Positions 27,773 to 41,545 of a DNA stretch of 64,000 nt are shown here, one piece after another. The position numbers were made by a program, and so were the translations under genes. The DNA lies in the NCBI GenBank assembly GCA_001643675.2, contig LSRY02000048.1, positions 665,019 through 729,018 on the forward strand, written 5' to 3'. The notes beneath the pieces are model-generated. The model worked only from the letters and a program-made list of their open reading frames with translations, made no database searches and had not been told where the DNA came from. Positions within the stretch are counted from its first letter, which is position 1. The number at the start of each line of letters is the position of its first letter. This DNA is from Monocercomonoides exilis PA203 (Eukaryota; Protista; Preaxostyla).

Positions 27773-29464
27773 AGAGCAAAATGAAAAAAAAATTTGAATA
27801 AAAACAAATTGAATGAGATGGAAGAAGAAAGAAAGAAAGAAGGAGAAAGAGAGAAAGAGAAAGAGAGAAAAAGAGAAAATTGATATTCATATCGGATTAA
27901 AGGAAGGGAAAGAAAGGAAAAGAAGTGAAGAAAGATTTGAAGAAAAGACGAGTTTTCTGGAAATTAATGAAGAAATTGATAGCAATTGAAAGATTTCACA
28001 AAAAGAAAAGAAGAAAAGAAAAGAAAAGAAAAATGAAAGAAGAAATGAATTAAAATTGAAAAAAGGCACAAAGCAGAAGAAATTTCATCTGAAGAACAAA
28101 AACAAGAATAAACACAAGAAAATAGGATGTTATTATTATTATCTTATCACCCTATCTATCTTATCTTGTCTTATCTAAATTTTATTTCTTAATTACTTAA
28201 TTTCTTTTTCATTTTTAATTTTTTTTTAACATTTTCTTTCTGAGAATACGTGATGCTTCTCCTTTTTGATAATTTTCTTATTTTCAAAAGAAAACATCAA
28301 CATAACTTCTTCTTCTTCATTTTCTTCTTCATTTTCTTCTTCATTATCTTCTTATTTTCTTCTCTCTTCATGCTTTTTTAAACTAATTCGCACCTTTATG
28401 CTTCTGTTTTTTTAAATGAAAATTGAGAATCATTTTCTCAATTAATTTGTTTGAAATTTCATTTTTTTAAACAAGAAAAATTCCATTGAATGACTTTCTT
28501 AATCATCCTTCTGTGTAATTCGTCTATTTCTTTCTGTTTTATATTTTTTGTTTTTTTCTTCTCTTTTGTTTTCTTTTTGAAATTCATTGATTTCTTTTTT
28601 TTAAAAAGAGAATAACAAAGGTTATTTTTCACCACAATTATTATTTATTCAATTAAAGAAAAGTTTTCTTTGATTGTTGAATGAGTTGTGAAGCAACTTT
28701 TTTGAAGATATTTGGAAAATAGAGATGATTATCGTGTTGTTTTTCATTGCCCTCGTTCAATAATATTAAAAACTGTTTGTATTTTATAGTCATTCTTTCG
28801 TTTTGAAGTATCTTTGAAGAGATTCTTTGAAGTACTTTTTGAAAAAAATTCATTGAAGAATTGCTTTTTTATTTAATTATTACCAATTGAAAATGAATAA
28901 AAAATGGAACAGAATTCAAACAAAAAGAGTTAGATTTTTCTTTTTCTTATGAAAAGCGCTTTGATTTTTATTATTAAAATTAGAAACAATCAAAAATATT
29001 CCCTGCTTCCTCCTGATTCTCCCAATAAAAAACTCTTTCTCTCGTTCTTTCTTCCATTTCTTTGGATCCTTTTGATGCACCTCCCCTTCTCCTTCTGAAT
29101 GAAATCTGTTGTTTGTCTCATCCAAAATAGCATTTCCACTGCTCTTTTGTGAAATTCCTTTGACTGTTTCTTTCATCATCTTTGTGTTATTCTTTCTTTT
29201 TATCCTCATTTCTTTCTCTTTCTTCTTCTTCTTCTTCTCCAATTTCTTTCTTTCTCTGCTCATCAAAAGCGAACACAAAGCTCCTTTTCCAATTTATCGA
29301 ATGAAATTTTTCAGATTTTATATTCAGCTTTTTCAAAAAGTATTATTTCTCTTTCCCCATTTTCATTGAACAGAATTGTTTCCTTCAACATTTTCTTTCC
29401 TCTTCTCTTCAGCTTCCATTTGAAGAATTAAAAGATAGCTCAATTAGAAGGAAAAGAAGAAGAA

Positions 29465-29825
29465 ATGGATGGTGACGATGACGACGACGACGACGACGAC
29501 GAAGAAGAAGAAGAAGAAGAAGAAGAAGAAGAAGAAGAAGAAGAAGAGGAAGAGGAAGAGGAAGAGGAAGAGGAAGAGGAAGAGGAAGAGGAAGAGGAAG
29601 AAGAGGAGGAGGAGGAGGAGGAGGAAGAAGAAGAAGAAGAAGAAGAAGAAGAAGAAGAAGAGGAAGAGGAAGAGGAAGAGGAAGAGGAAGAGGAAGAGGA
29701 AGAGGAAGAATTTTAATGAGAAGAGAAGGAGGAAGATAAAGATGATGAAGAAGATTGTGCAGATGATGTTGATGATGGTAATGTTAGTGATTGAGAAGAA
29801 GAAGAAGGAGAAGAAGAAGAATTTT
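29465..29825 (+). repeat. Compound (GAC)n/(GAA)n/(GAGGAA)n low-complexity tract
   Basis: Directly visible. It would encode poly-D/E but has no supporting gene context. Confidence 0.9.
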
Positions 29826-29849
29826 TGAATGTTGTTTTCGATGCCTGCA

Positions 29850-30750
29850 AGGTGTTCATCACAAAGCAGCTCAAATGCAGAAAAGCTGTGAATTTTTCAT
29901 CTGAAAACGATGTTGATATAAAAATGATGGATTGTTGAGACATTCGAAAAGATGTCCTTTCATTCTTTAACACATTTTCATCACACTTATATTGCTGAAG
30001 CAAAAAGGGGAGAGTTTTTGAATTGTCTGATGAAAGCCTCATTTCCACAAGAGCATCTTCCTTGAGAAAACAAATGTTTTTTCCATTCATCTTCGTTCTG
30101 ATGGAGCAGAAGCTGAAATGTCGGTCATTTCCTTTCATATCGATAATATCAAAGCTTTTGGTCTCTGAATAATAATAATTATTATTTATGTATTTTTTTC
30201 ATTGCTCCTTTGCAACAGAGTCGTCTTTGAAAAATTCCTTTTCCAATCTCTTTTCATCCGAGGCAAATGTATTTTGCAACCAATAATGCTCAATCATTCG
30301 AATAGAAAAGGATGAGCAAAACGCATTGTCGAATTCTCATCAAGCGCAAAGCCAGGCAGCTTGGTCAGTGCAAAACCAATTTTAATCGTGTTGCTTCAAA
30401 TAATCCATTTTTTGATAGCCCAAGATGCTTTTGCAATAAAGTCATTCAACCTTTTTCTTCCACCACTCAATTTGTTTTTTACAAAGAATTGTCAATCATT
30501 TTTTGCTTGTTTTATCCATTTCTATTTTGGCATTTTACACTTCTTTTGTCTTCTGCAATCACTTCAATCCTTTTGAATGAAATCAGAAACAGTAAAAGCA
30601 ACCAACCAACGAGGTCCTTCGAGAATGCAAACATTAGCTGTTCTTTGGTTTTTGTCAAAACAATCAATAACTCAAAAAAGTCATGAAACTCTTCTTCTCA
30701 ATCTTTTTGCTTGATTGCAGTCGTCTTTCCCATCAAATTCCATTTCTATA
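29850..30750 (-). pseudogene. Possible highly decayed member of the helical-repeat family at 31000-34442
   Basis: Fragmentary similarity only: KEDALVEMRL..NERTSFRMSQ vs GVIDAGLEEIQ..NERMTYESL; DQAAWL vs YQSAW; DWKR vs DWKK. Many stops. Confidence 0.3.
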
Positions 30751-30999
30751 TCTTTAATTAATTCAATTCCAAAATGGGAAGAAATCAATTTCATAGAGCA
30801 TCATGAATCGAATAATAATTCTCCATTTGTTTTTGATGAATATTTGTTGGTTTGATCAACAGGAAACAAAAAACTGCCATTTCTTGCCTCACTCAGCCAA
30901 ATCAGGCTGCTTTCATAGAACTCGTTTCTGATATTTATTTGGTTTTGCTTAAATATTTTGTATATTCTTTGCGAATAGATTGCACTTTAAATAAACAGA

Positions 31000-32432
31000 A
31001 TGGAAGAATTCATTGATTGTAGAACCGAAGACGGAAATCGAGAGATGGCCCCAAATGAAAAGTTTTCAAGTTTGTTCATTTTAACAGACTTTTTTTGAAA
31101 GCACAATTGTTTTTATCATTGGAATAAAATTTTTTCTTTAGAATTACTTGAGGAATTGAAAAATTGCAGCGTTACAGAACAAAAAATGAAAATTGAAGAA
31201 ATAAATAGATTGATAGAAGAAATGAATAAAAAAGAACTTAAGTATGTTTACACAACAGAACTGCTCGATAAAATCGATCAAATGATTGATGAAGAGAAAC
31301 TGATGATGGGAAATTCAATTTTGCTGCTGAGGCACATGGGATATTGCAAAGAGTAGAAATAATTTTGGAGTTTAAGCTTTGAAAAATCTTGTTTGTGCAA
31401 AAGATTCAAAGAGATGATTGTTAAAGAAGAACAGAAAAAAGAAGGAAATGACGAAAAGCTTTTTATTAACCTCATTGAATGTTATCTTTTGCTTGATAAC
31501 CGGTTTTCTTTGGATCTATATCCAATCTGTGTTCCTTGCCTTATAAAAGTTTCATTGAAGAAAGAGGAAGATGAGGAAACGCAAAAAGAAGTGGAAATAG
31601 CTCTTTTGGCATTGAGTCGTATTGATGATCGTAATGTTTGAGTATTTCTATTTTATTTTTGAAGTTATTAAAATTTTTTCATGTTTTTGAATAGAAAATT
31701 GAAAGAGATCTTTATCTGAATGAAGTCAAAGAAATTATTCAGTATCATCAGAAACATCGGAATCTGACGCGACTTGCCTATCAGTCTGCTTGGGGGTTTT
31801 TGATAAAAAGATTTTTGTTAGACAAAAGCTTGGAAGTTGTTATTGCGAATGAGCTGCATTTTGAGAGAGAGGTAGAAAGCGAACTGGATGGACTGATGCA
31901 AAGCGTGGATTGGAAGAAGAAAGAAGAAGAGATGGGGGAAACAGAAAGGAAAGCAATGGATATTATTTCGAGATGGATCAGCTCAATTCGTTATAACTTC
32001 TTTTCATGTAATTTGTGGAATGAAGAATATGCTGAGCTTATCAGCCGCATTGTTGATCTGTTTCGAGCATCAAGAGATAATCACAATGAAATGGGCAAGG
32101 AATGCATTCAATCAATAAAAGCAGTTGCAAAATATAGAACTGTGAAACTTGATGACTTGCTGAAAAGTGGTGTCATTGATGCTGGTTTGGAGGAGATTCA
32201 GCGGCCAACGCCGAATGAAAGAATGACATATGAAAGCTTGAAATTTTATTATATGCTTTCATTGCGTTTCAAAGGAATGACGGGTGATGAAATGGAAGAA
32301 GCGAAAAGAAAAGAGTTGAAAAGGAAAATGCTTGAAAAGATGGAAGAAAAGGGAGTCGAAGATATCTTCAATAGCTTTCAAGAAACGTTTAGATTCTTTT
32401 TTCCTGATGATAGCGGATTCATTCATCTTTGA
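31000..32432 (+). pseudogene. Lineage-expanded helical-repeat (ARM/HEAT-like) family member with in-frame stops
   Basis: Three exons colinear with the paralog at 33000-34442 (VPCLIKVSLKKEEDEETQKEVEIALLALS; KEIIQYHQKHRNLTRLAYQSAW). GYCKE*K*FW at 31354-31362 has TAG and TAA where the paralog reads GYCQMLKYFC. Confidence 0.75.
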
Positions 32433-32999
32433 ATATTTCACACCTTCTTTTTAAGGCTTGAGGAAACGAAAAGCTTTGCATTTTGTAACACAAAATTTTT
32501 ATTTTTCTTGCTTCAACATTTTATTAAAAATAGAAAACAACCGAATATTATTTTCAACGTATACATACATTATTGTTTGTTCGTTTCTCGTTATTTAATT
32601 GACAAATATCTCAAAAAGAGAAAAAATAAACAATAAAATTGGAAGTTCATCAATCCATTTTTGAAAGATAAATTTAAAGGTTATTTTTTTTCACAATTTA
32701 TTGTGTTATCAGGATGAAAATGAAAATTTGTCTTTTCATCTCGAAAAAAGTGTTTCTGTTAAAAAGAATCATGAATTAACAAAAATTCCTTATTCATATT
32801 GCACTAATATTTGATCACTTCGACATATTTTAAATACAAAAGTCAATTCTTTTGAAAATTATTAACGGTTGTTTCATCCCTTTTGCAGAATTCCCCATTA
32901 AAAAAAAACACAAAAAGTTCTTCAAGGGATTGCATTCCATTTGCGAAATGATGCCAAAAGAAAAAATATAAGTTGCAAAATAAATAACATGTCATTTCC

Positions 33000-34442
33000 T
33001 CAAACATAAACAAAATAATCAGAAATCTTCAACATTAATTGAAAATAATATTTTCTGCTAAAAAAACTAAATAATTCGTGAAAGCTTGTGATGATGTCTT
33101 CGTATCCTTCTTCTTCCAGCTTTTCAAAAACCTTCCTTTTTGCTGCCTTTCTTTTAACTTCTTCCATTTCATCTTTCTTTTCTTTCGCTCTCCTTGAAAT
33201 ACTCAAAAAGAAGTTCAAGCTAAAATATTCACTATTTTTATTCAATGTTTGGCGATGGATCTCCTCCAAAACAGCATCAATAGCACCACCATTCAGCAAG
33301 TCTTCAACTTTAACAACTCTATTTCCTGCTGCTTCTCTCAAGGGAAATATGCACCAACAGCAAATATCTCTGAATTTATCATCCGCTGCTCCATATACCT
33401 GAACAATGCTTCCTATAAGTTCAACATATTCTTCATTCCACAATTCGCATGAGTGAAAATAAGACGTTATTGTTTTGAGCCACCTCATTATTATAAACAC
33501 TTTCTCCTTTTCTTTTTCTCCTTCCTCTTCTTTCCCTCTCTCCCAATCCACACATTTTGACAATTCTTCCAAGTCTCTTCTTGCTTCTCTTGCAAAATGA
33601 AGTTCATTCACAATCACTTCATTCAAGCTTTTGTCTTTGTACAATCTGTATAACAAAAATTCCCAAGCTGATTGATAGGCAAGTTGTGTCAGATTGTGAT
33701 GCTCCTGGTGATACTGGATTATCTCTTTGATCTTGCTCAAATACAGTTCTTTTGGCACTTTCTATAAAAATCGGAAAAAATCAATAACTTCAAAAATGAA
33801 AAAGAAATAAACATACATAAAATTCAATATTGCACAAAGCCAGTAAAGCTATTTCCGCTTCTTTCTGAATCTCCTCGTTTTCCTCTTTCTTCGAGGCAAC
33901 TTTCAGAAGGCAAGGTACAATTATTGAAGACACTTCAGATGAAGGCCATCTGTTCAACAACAAGTAGCATTCGCAGAGATCAACCAGAAGCTTTTCATCC
34001 TTTTCTTCTATCATCATCTTTTCTTTAACGATCATATCCTGAAATCGATTGCTCAAAAAAGAATAATTAAATGTAAAATCACAAAAGTATTTCAGCATTT
34101 GGCAATATCCAACATGTTTCAACAACAAAATTGCGTTTCCCCATGATAATGTCTTTTCTTCAATCATTTTGTCCATTTTGTTGAATGTTTCTTCGTTGAA
34201 AATTGAATTGAATTCTTCTTTATTCACTCCATCAACTATTTTATTCATTTCTTCAATTTTTTGTCTTTGCTCATCTGTTGGACGATGCTCAAGCTCACAA
34301 AGCGATTCTTCAAAAGGCATTCACAATATAAAATTAATTCTTTATTGTTAAATCCAAATAAAAAAAGAAAACTTGAAAAATGCTCGGTTCTGGTCATAGC
34401 CTGAATTCCTTCTTCAGAATTTTCATCGTTGTGCACACTCAT
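33000..34442 (-). CDS. Lineage-expanded helical-repeat (ARM/HEAT-like) family protein, three exons, apparently intact
   Basis: Exons MSVHNDENSEEGIQAMTRTEHFS / ESLCELEHRP...VPCLLKVASKKEENEEIQKEAEIALLALCNI / KELYLSKIKEIIQYHQEHHNLTQLAYQSAWEFL...EEEGYEDII. Intron positions match the convergent paralog. Confidence 0.75.
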
Positions 34443-35560
34443 TCTGTTTTTTGCAAAAAATATTCAAAAAGAGGAATAAAGCCTCGCAAATAAAAAAATT
34501 ATAGATAAATACAAACATCGTTGATTATCTTTCAGTCTTAAAATGATCCTTATTCAATCTATTTTGGTATTGCTTTATAAAAAAAAGCAAAAGATATTGA
34601 TAAGATGTCTCAAGGATTAGCTTGTGAAAGTCCAAAAAAGAAAAGCCTTTGTTTTCTGATCAAACCAACATATTATTGAATTGATATCGATTTTTTCTTT
34701 TTTTCAAAAATTCATTTGCTTTTTGAGAACATATTTAACTGACTTCGGAATAAAATAAATTGCACAAATTTAAGACGAGATTAGGTGCAGATTAAAAGGG
34801 AAACAATCTTTAAAATGAGTGAATGAATGTAATTTTTCATTTTTCAGCAAAGATGAATGAGACTGAAGACAAAATCATGGGATATAAGAGAAACATTGCA
34901 TCTTTTGTGGATTGCTGCATTTTGAGCTCATTTCTTTATGTCTCATGGGTTGCGAAAGATGAAAAGAAATGAATAATTGAAAAATTCACTGATTGCTTGA
35001 ACAAAAGAAATGAACTTTAGCAACAAGAACATAATCATCGAATGGTTGAAGAATAAAATTTTGTTTTTTAATTGCTTAATTATCATGTCTTTTTCGGAAA
35101 ACGATGAAGGCCAGCTTCTACAGTAAAAATGGAGAATACCAAGTTTTTGAGACTGAATCATCAAAAGAAACATATTCGTATCTTTGGATGTTATTAAAAG
35201 ATAAATTCATTTATGGCCATTTTTATTAAAGTTGAAATTAGATTTGAGAAGAATGAAGAAGATAACTTTTCCAAGAGACACATCCAAAAAACACACCAGC
35301 CCGTTTATTCCTCAGCAAATGAAAAAGAGAATGGAGTTTTGGAAGAAAGTTATTTTTATCAAATTCAATTAATTTTATTTCAGAATGAAGAAAAAGACAA
35401 CCATTTCGATTATTATTATTTGGTGATTCTTTTGTGTTGTTGCTGAGATTAACGATTAACTTTTTAGGATGTTCTCCAATCATCTTCAGGCCTTCAGCAA
35501 AACACGACAACAAATATGAATAACTGGAATGTTATTAGCATCATTTGTCAGATGGAAATA

Positions 35561-36118
35561 TGGGTGATTATTTTTGAAATTATAACTTTTTTCGGGGTAT
35601 TGATTTTTCAAAGATCGTTTGTCATTGGGAAAAGATTTTGAATTCAAATGCAGAAACTATCACAACTGCTTTATAAACAAATGTTTTCGAACAAATGAAG
35701 ATGAAGATGCAACTAATAGACCATTTCATTTTTCAGTGTTCTTTTGTTGATACTCATAATATATTTTTGAACCGAAATACACCAAAAATAATTCAAATTC
35801 GAAAAAAAAAATCATTTTCGAAAAAGAATAATTCTAAATCGGTATTAATATTTCAATTTGGGAGATTATTTTTGAAATCATAATATTTATAATTAAAATT
35901 TCGGTTTGAATTTTCACTTTTAATGCTTGTTAATGAACACAGAAAAGTGAACACTCCAATTCAAAACATATCCGTAATTATTTAACATCATTCATTTTCA
36001 ATTAAGACAGTTGAGATGAATAAAACAAATCAATGAAGATTATATTTTCCATTTCTTAAAATTCTCAAAATAACCAAAACACTCCGAAAAAAGTTATGAT
36101 TTCAAAAATAATCACCCA
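35561..36118. mobile_element. Inverted-repeat-bounded MITE-like segment (38-bp IR)
   Basis: 35561-35598 (tgggtgattatttttgaaattataacttttttcggggt) matches the reverse complement of 36081-36118 at 36/38 positions. The interior contains a partial third copy (~35860) and the repeat family seen at 775-953. Confidence 0.6.
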
Positions 36119-36734
36119 TTTCAAAAAAAAAAATAAATTCAAATTCGGAATTAATATTTCAATTTCGTAATTTATTAGTTCAATTTCGAAAAAAAATATT
36201 TCAATTTCGAAATTCATTTTTAACTGAAATTATTAATTTTTCTCGAGAATGGATTTCAGAAAAGTTCAAGTCATTTTTAAAATTAATCAAATATTGTTAC
36301 ATAAAGAAAACTGTTTTTTGAAAACGAAACAATCAATAAATCAATTTTTTTAATATTTTTTTTTCATTTTCGAAAATCATCACTCAAAAGATAAAAATTT
36401 TTGAAAATTTTATACTATGTTAAACCCAATTGAAAATTGCAAATAATCAATCACAGTTTATTGAATGACAAAAAACAAGAATTTATTTCTCAATTATATT
36501 TTTTTAGTTTCTTTGGAGTAAAAATAGAAAAACATCAATTTTCAATACTAAAATGAAATTTTTTTTTGAAAAACTTCTATTAAAAAAATATGCATTCAAA
36601 ATGTATAAATATATTAAAAAGAAAAATCTTTATTATATTTATATTGATAGACAAAGAAAAATGATAAAATAAAAATAAAGAGAATTAAAAACCCAAAACA
36701 CATGTTATTCATTCCACAAATCAAAAAAATATTC

Positions 36735-36843
36735 ATTTCAGAAATTGTATTATTAATTTTCGATTTTGAATTATTCTTTTTCGAAATCGAATTAATAAAT
36801 TACGAAATTGAATTATTTTTTAGAATTATTATTATTTTTGGTG
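36735..36843 (-). repeat. Inverted copy of the dispersed AT-rich repeat at 775-953
   Basis: gaaattgtattattaatttt..ttattctttttcgaaatcgaattaataaattacgaaattg is close to the reverse complement of ~810-890. Confidence 0.6.
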
Positions 36844-37120
36844 AATTTGAATGTAAAAATATGATTTCAAAAACAATCTCATTCATATTGAAGGAAATTA
36901 TTTTAATAATATGTGTGATTAATCTCATTGAATACACAAGATTTTTCATTATATTCATATTTAACAAATAGGATATTGATGATTTGAAAAAAAAGAATAA
37001 TAAAAATTCTATAAAAAAAATTCATTTTTGTGTCATGATAATAATGAATTAAAAATCAATTAATCTTCGCTCTAATTTGACTCATTTGGTCCTTCAGAAA
37101 TCTCATCGCTTGAAGTGTTA

Positions 37121-37830
37121 TCATCTTATGGAACAAAAATAATCACCCATATCATCTATATCAGGAACATCATTTTCGATTTCTTCTTCTTCAATGATTT
37201 CTCTCTCATTATCTCTTCCATGGACGATATATCCCTCCATATCCAAAAAAGAAACTTTCACAGTTTTTTTCACCATCCAAAAAGAAAGATAGTCTCCAGT
37301 ATATTTCTCCCTTATGCCATGCCTAAAAAAAAAATTCTCAGATGTGACCACATTCCTTCTACTGCATTTGTGAATGTCTACGAAATTTGATCCACTAAAT
37401 ACTTTAAATGATTAACTGTTTGATGAATGCCACCATGATCCTTCAAGCTTCTGTGTGCACGCCATTCATCGCTCATTATTGTGATTCCTGGATAGATATG
37501 AGATTTTAATAGATGAACAAGTGTTTCGGCGCTTCGATCAGAAACAATAAAAACAAATCTTCTTTTTGTAATTTTCTTATCTTCATTTCTTTCAATTCCT
37601 CCAAATATCCATGTCTGGTTTTTTCTTCTGCCTCTCTAGATTTTCTTCTTCTTCTTTAAATGCATTCGTCGATTTCAACTATTTTTACAACACAGTCAAT
37701 CATGATAGGGTTACGATTATTGATACTCATTTTCTCGACATGCAAAACACTGATCCTTGATCCAACAATATTTGGATAAACTTCTTTTTAATTCCATATC
37801 TGAGTTTGTATTTGTTCTTGCCAAAGTTAA
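37121..37830 (-). mobile_element. Decayed Merlin / IS1595 (ISXO2-like) DDE transposase pseudogene
   Basis: Manual minus-strand translation across stops and frameshifts: IVEIDECI*RRRRK..RGRRKNQTWIFGGIER..FIVSDRSAETLVHLLKSHIYPGITIMSDEWRAHRSLKDHG..HQTVNHLKYLVD..TNAVEGMWSHLR. These are the diagnostic VEIDE, RGR, W(V/I)FG, SDxW, HxTVNH and TNxxEGxW motifs. Confidence 0.85.
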
Positions 37831-39605
37831 AAAATGATCAAGAATTTGCAAAGACCGATTTTATTGTTTTCAAATCTTGCATTTGAGAAAACAATCCGTT
37901 TTATGTTACACTTGAATCACATCCAACTTCAATAAGTTCCTTTTTCATTCAACAAATCAAAACTCATGTGGTGAATTGCACACTCGATATATGGGACATT
38001 ATTTTCGAAATCATTAATCTGTATTTAAATTTTTAGGATGTTTTTAATTTGTAAAATATTCGAAATAATATGATCAAATTCTTTGTTTGTATTAGAAAAA
38101 TTGACAATTTCCCCTACAACTATCAAAAAGAAATACTTTCAAAACTTTTTCAACATTATAATTGATCAATAAATAAATAATTATTTGAAATGAAAATCAA
38201 ATTCTTTTTAGCATTTTTTCAAGCAAGGAATAAATGGCTCGAAGAGGAGTTATCGTCAATTGTATCAACTATTAATGATCTTTATGAAAAACCTATTTTT
38301 GAAGCAGATCAAGATATTTTAAATGAGTTCTAGTGTAATTGTTTAAAAACGTTCTTTTGGAGTTTCATTTTCTTTCAAACAATTTTAACATTTACACGTG
38401 AAATGAAAACTTATTGCATTTCTTTCTTTTTCTGTGATTATCCTATTAATATTATTTATTGAGTGATATATGAAAATAACGATAATTCTTGTACGAAGAC
38501 AAATAGATGACAGAAATTAAGTTTTGTTTTCAAAGTGATAACATTTAATAAATTTTTTTCACAAAATCTTTTTATTTTATAAAGAAGAATTTATCGATTA
38601 TTGAAAAACAAATATAACTATATTCATTAGAACTTGTACGAATTTTCCCTGCCGCACCTAATTGATTAAAGAAATTCGAATTTTGTCTGACTTTTTGAAT
38701 GTGAATCAATCTCATCGGATGTTCCTAAATCTCTTTATGTCCGACATAGTTATTTTAAGATCACAACTTTTGATCATTCATTTTTTTCTTTCTTCCTTTC
38801 TAATACAACCATAACATATTTGTCGTTGAAATTTTGATATATTGTTGTGTTATTGATGATTTTCGCATGTGCAACCGATTTTTTAATTATTTTCTCGTTT
38901 GATTCGGTTTTTTTAGTGAACTTGTTGTTTCAGTTTTGTGTGTTAACAAGTTTTATTTTTAAAGTTAATCAAACTGTTCTCAATTCCTTTTCACATGTCT
39001 AAAGAATATATTGGCAAAATTTTTTTGAAAAGTGACATCGGATCAAAAATTTAACCCATCGTCATAAAATGATTTTCATTCCGTTTCCTTTATTCTTATT
39101 AAAAAAAAATTTCAATACACTTAAATGCTTATCAGTTCATAACAAACTTCTTTATGGAAAGATATATTTTGAAACAAATAATTATATATTAAATAAATTG
39201 ATCAAAATTAAAAAAATTTGTTTCGCAATGAAAAGGAGTTGCATTTGCTTGAACCATCAATCAATTGCTGCATTGTGAATTGTTTATGGTATATTTCGAT
39301 TATTTTTTTGAATTAACAAAAACACCGATTATTTTTTAAGTTTTTATTTTATCAGAATTTTTCAATGCTCAGAATGAATATCAAATTTCATGGAAGCAAA
39401 TGCAGCTTGCACAAGTTGGAATGAACAAACAGATTGTCAAAAAATTGACGGTTTGCTATTTGTTTTTCAAAACGTTTAATTAATTTTTATTATTTCTTTT
39501 TTTGCGTATTTAATTTGAAGCAGATTTCTGAGCGCCTTATAAGAAAGAATTTGCGATATATAAATCCACAACAGATTCATAAGAAGATGAAGAAGATTTC
39601 TGCTG

Positions 39606-39960
39606 ATGGTTGTGAAATGCCAGATTGAGACGATGTTTGTATCATCAATTTCAGAGAATCATGGAGACAGCAAGCAATGTGGAGAGTTCAGTGAACCTTA
39701 TCAATCGCTGAATGTTGGAGTTCAACACATCATTCCTTCTCTGTACTCGAAGCTGTTGATCTTGGAGCAAACAGAAATTGTTGGGAAGTGTTATGTTCTT
39801 GATGTGACCATCCGCTCATTGCAATCTCCCTCAGCTGCAATGGTATATCTGAACTCAATCATTTCTGGCAATGAGGTAAGTATTCTCACAACTTCCGAGA
39901 ATGTTCGAATTGAGAGATTGAAATTCAACTTTGGGCAGTCGTTTTCTAACTCTGAAAGTT
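39606..39960 (+). pseudogene. Fragment of a beta-helix surface-protein family gene
   Basis: MFVSSISENHGDSKQCGEFSEPYQSLNVGVQHII resembles the CG-x4-PC-x-S/T-L module of the 1297-4311 protein. The frame then runs into unrelated low-complexity sequence. Confidence 0.5.
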
Positions 39961-40893
39961 TTTTTCCTTCGAAGAAAATGGTCAACTTTCTCTTTCGTTT
40001 GTTGATTTCTCTTTTTCTAATTCATCATCACCATCATCGATTTCTTCTTTTCTTCTTCTTATCCTCCTTCTCCTTCTCCTTCTCCTTCGCGTTTGCCTTC
40101 TTCTTCTTCAACTTCTTCTTATCAAACGTTTTGTTCAGGAATATGAAGAAAGAAAACTGTTGTATTCTCAATGTTTGCTGTATATTTGTTTCTTTCAACA
40201 ACTTTTTGAAAGAAAATGAATGCGACAAGAAACAGGTGATAGAAGAGGACGAAAAAGGAAAAGAAGTTGACAGCTTTGAAGAAAATGTCATCAGGGAAAT
40301 CAAAGCGTCGATTGCATCTTTTAAACATCCAAAAAACCTCAGCATGTTGTTTATTACAATCTCTTTATTTCTCGGAGCCTTCTCGTGCAATGCTGACGAA
40401 GTCAAAGAAGAAGATAATGACTTTATATGACAAGATATTGGCTCCTTCTCACTTCCAGCGCAATGTTATTGTGTCGTGGAACTGCACCACATGCTGCCCG
40501 TCCACCAGCGCAGCCCAAAGCAGATAGCCCCTTCCACCTCGTTCCTCCCCAGCTGCAGCCCCGCCAGCTCAACCAGCAGCCGCACCATCAGGAACAGCGC
40601 CCGCTACCCCTCTTTCTTTGCCACTGATGATCACACAGCCTACACAGCAGTTTCAGCCCAACCACTTCTCCCACCCTCACTTCTGCAGACAATACCGAAA
40701 GCTCTCTCACCTGGCCGTCTAGCACCGGCTTCAGCAGTGCTAGGTGCCGGCTCACCATCTTCACAACTGCGCAGTTCTCAGACTCCGTCAGAGGAGCCCG
40801 CCGGTCAGCTGCGTCGCACACATGCGGCAGCCGTAGGCCCAGCGTGAAGAGGTCGTCGAATTAGCACGCCTCCAGCACCGACGCAAACGATGG

Positions 40894-41545
40894 CTAACAG
40901 CAGCCAGATATTCTAAATACATCCAGATAGACCTGCAGTGACAGCACTAGTTGCATCGATAGATTGCTAACATACAGAAGAGACTCCAGCTCCGAGTGCG
41001 TGATCCCTCTGCACACTACTCCCAATGACGAAGATGACGCAGATGATGAAACTGATGGATCGCTGCAGCATATCGCATCATACAGCGCCTTCATCTCCTC
41101 CTTCCGCTTCATTGCCTCTGCCCGGAAGTAGTTCAGTAGAAACCTCAGAAACATTGACGCGTCCGCCTCTTTCTTCTCTGACTGTATTTTCTCAAACTCT
41201 CCCAAAAACGTCATGATTTTCTTCTCCGCTACTCTTTCAAGCACGATGCTGAAGAACAAGAAGAACGACAGCTTGTCTTCATTGAACTCCTCCCTCCCAA
41301 ATTCCCCAAACAGCCACATCATTGCAATGTTCCACTTGAAAAGCTTCTCCCACGTGGATCATCACCTTCCTGATTGCATCACTTTTTATCTGATTCTCAA
41401 TCGCCTCTTCGAATTGCGCATTCTGCTCTCAGATCATCTGCTCCTTCACTTTCGGAAGTTCCATTAGCATCTTCATTTTCCTTCTCCGTCTAGTTCATCT
41501 TCTGCTGCACCGTTGCATCTGATCTTCCACCACCTCCTCCACCAT
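40894..41545 (-). pseudogene. GC-richer coding-like fragment (coiled-coil/helical), disrupted
   Basis: 142-aa ORF plus upstream E/K/R-rich coding-like sequence with stops. No family recognised. Confidence 0.35.

Noticed and set aside
29465-29828. Poly-Glu and poly-Lys/Arg ORFs
   Set aside because: Simple-repeat tract with no flanking exon evidence.
31354-31362. In-frame TAG/TAA as evidence for a TAR=Gln alternative genetic code (known in some oxymonads and diplomonads)
   Set aside because: The positions align to Leu and Tyr in the paralog, not Gln. Long intact ORFs contain no in-frame TAR, and TAA/TAG terminate genes (e.g. 52301, 7839).
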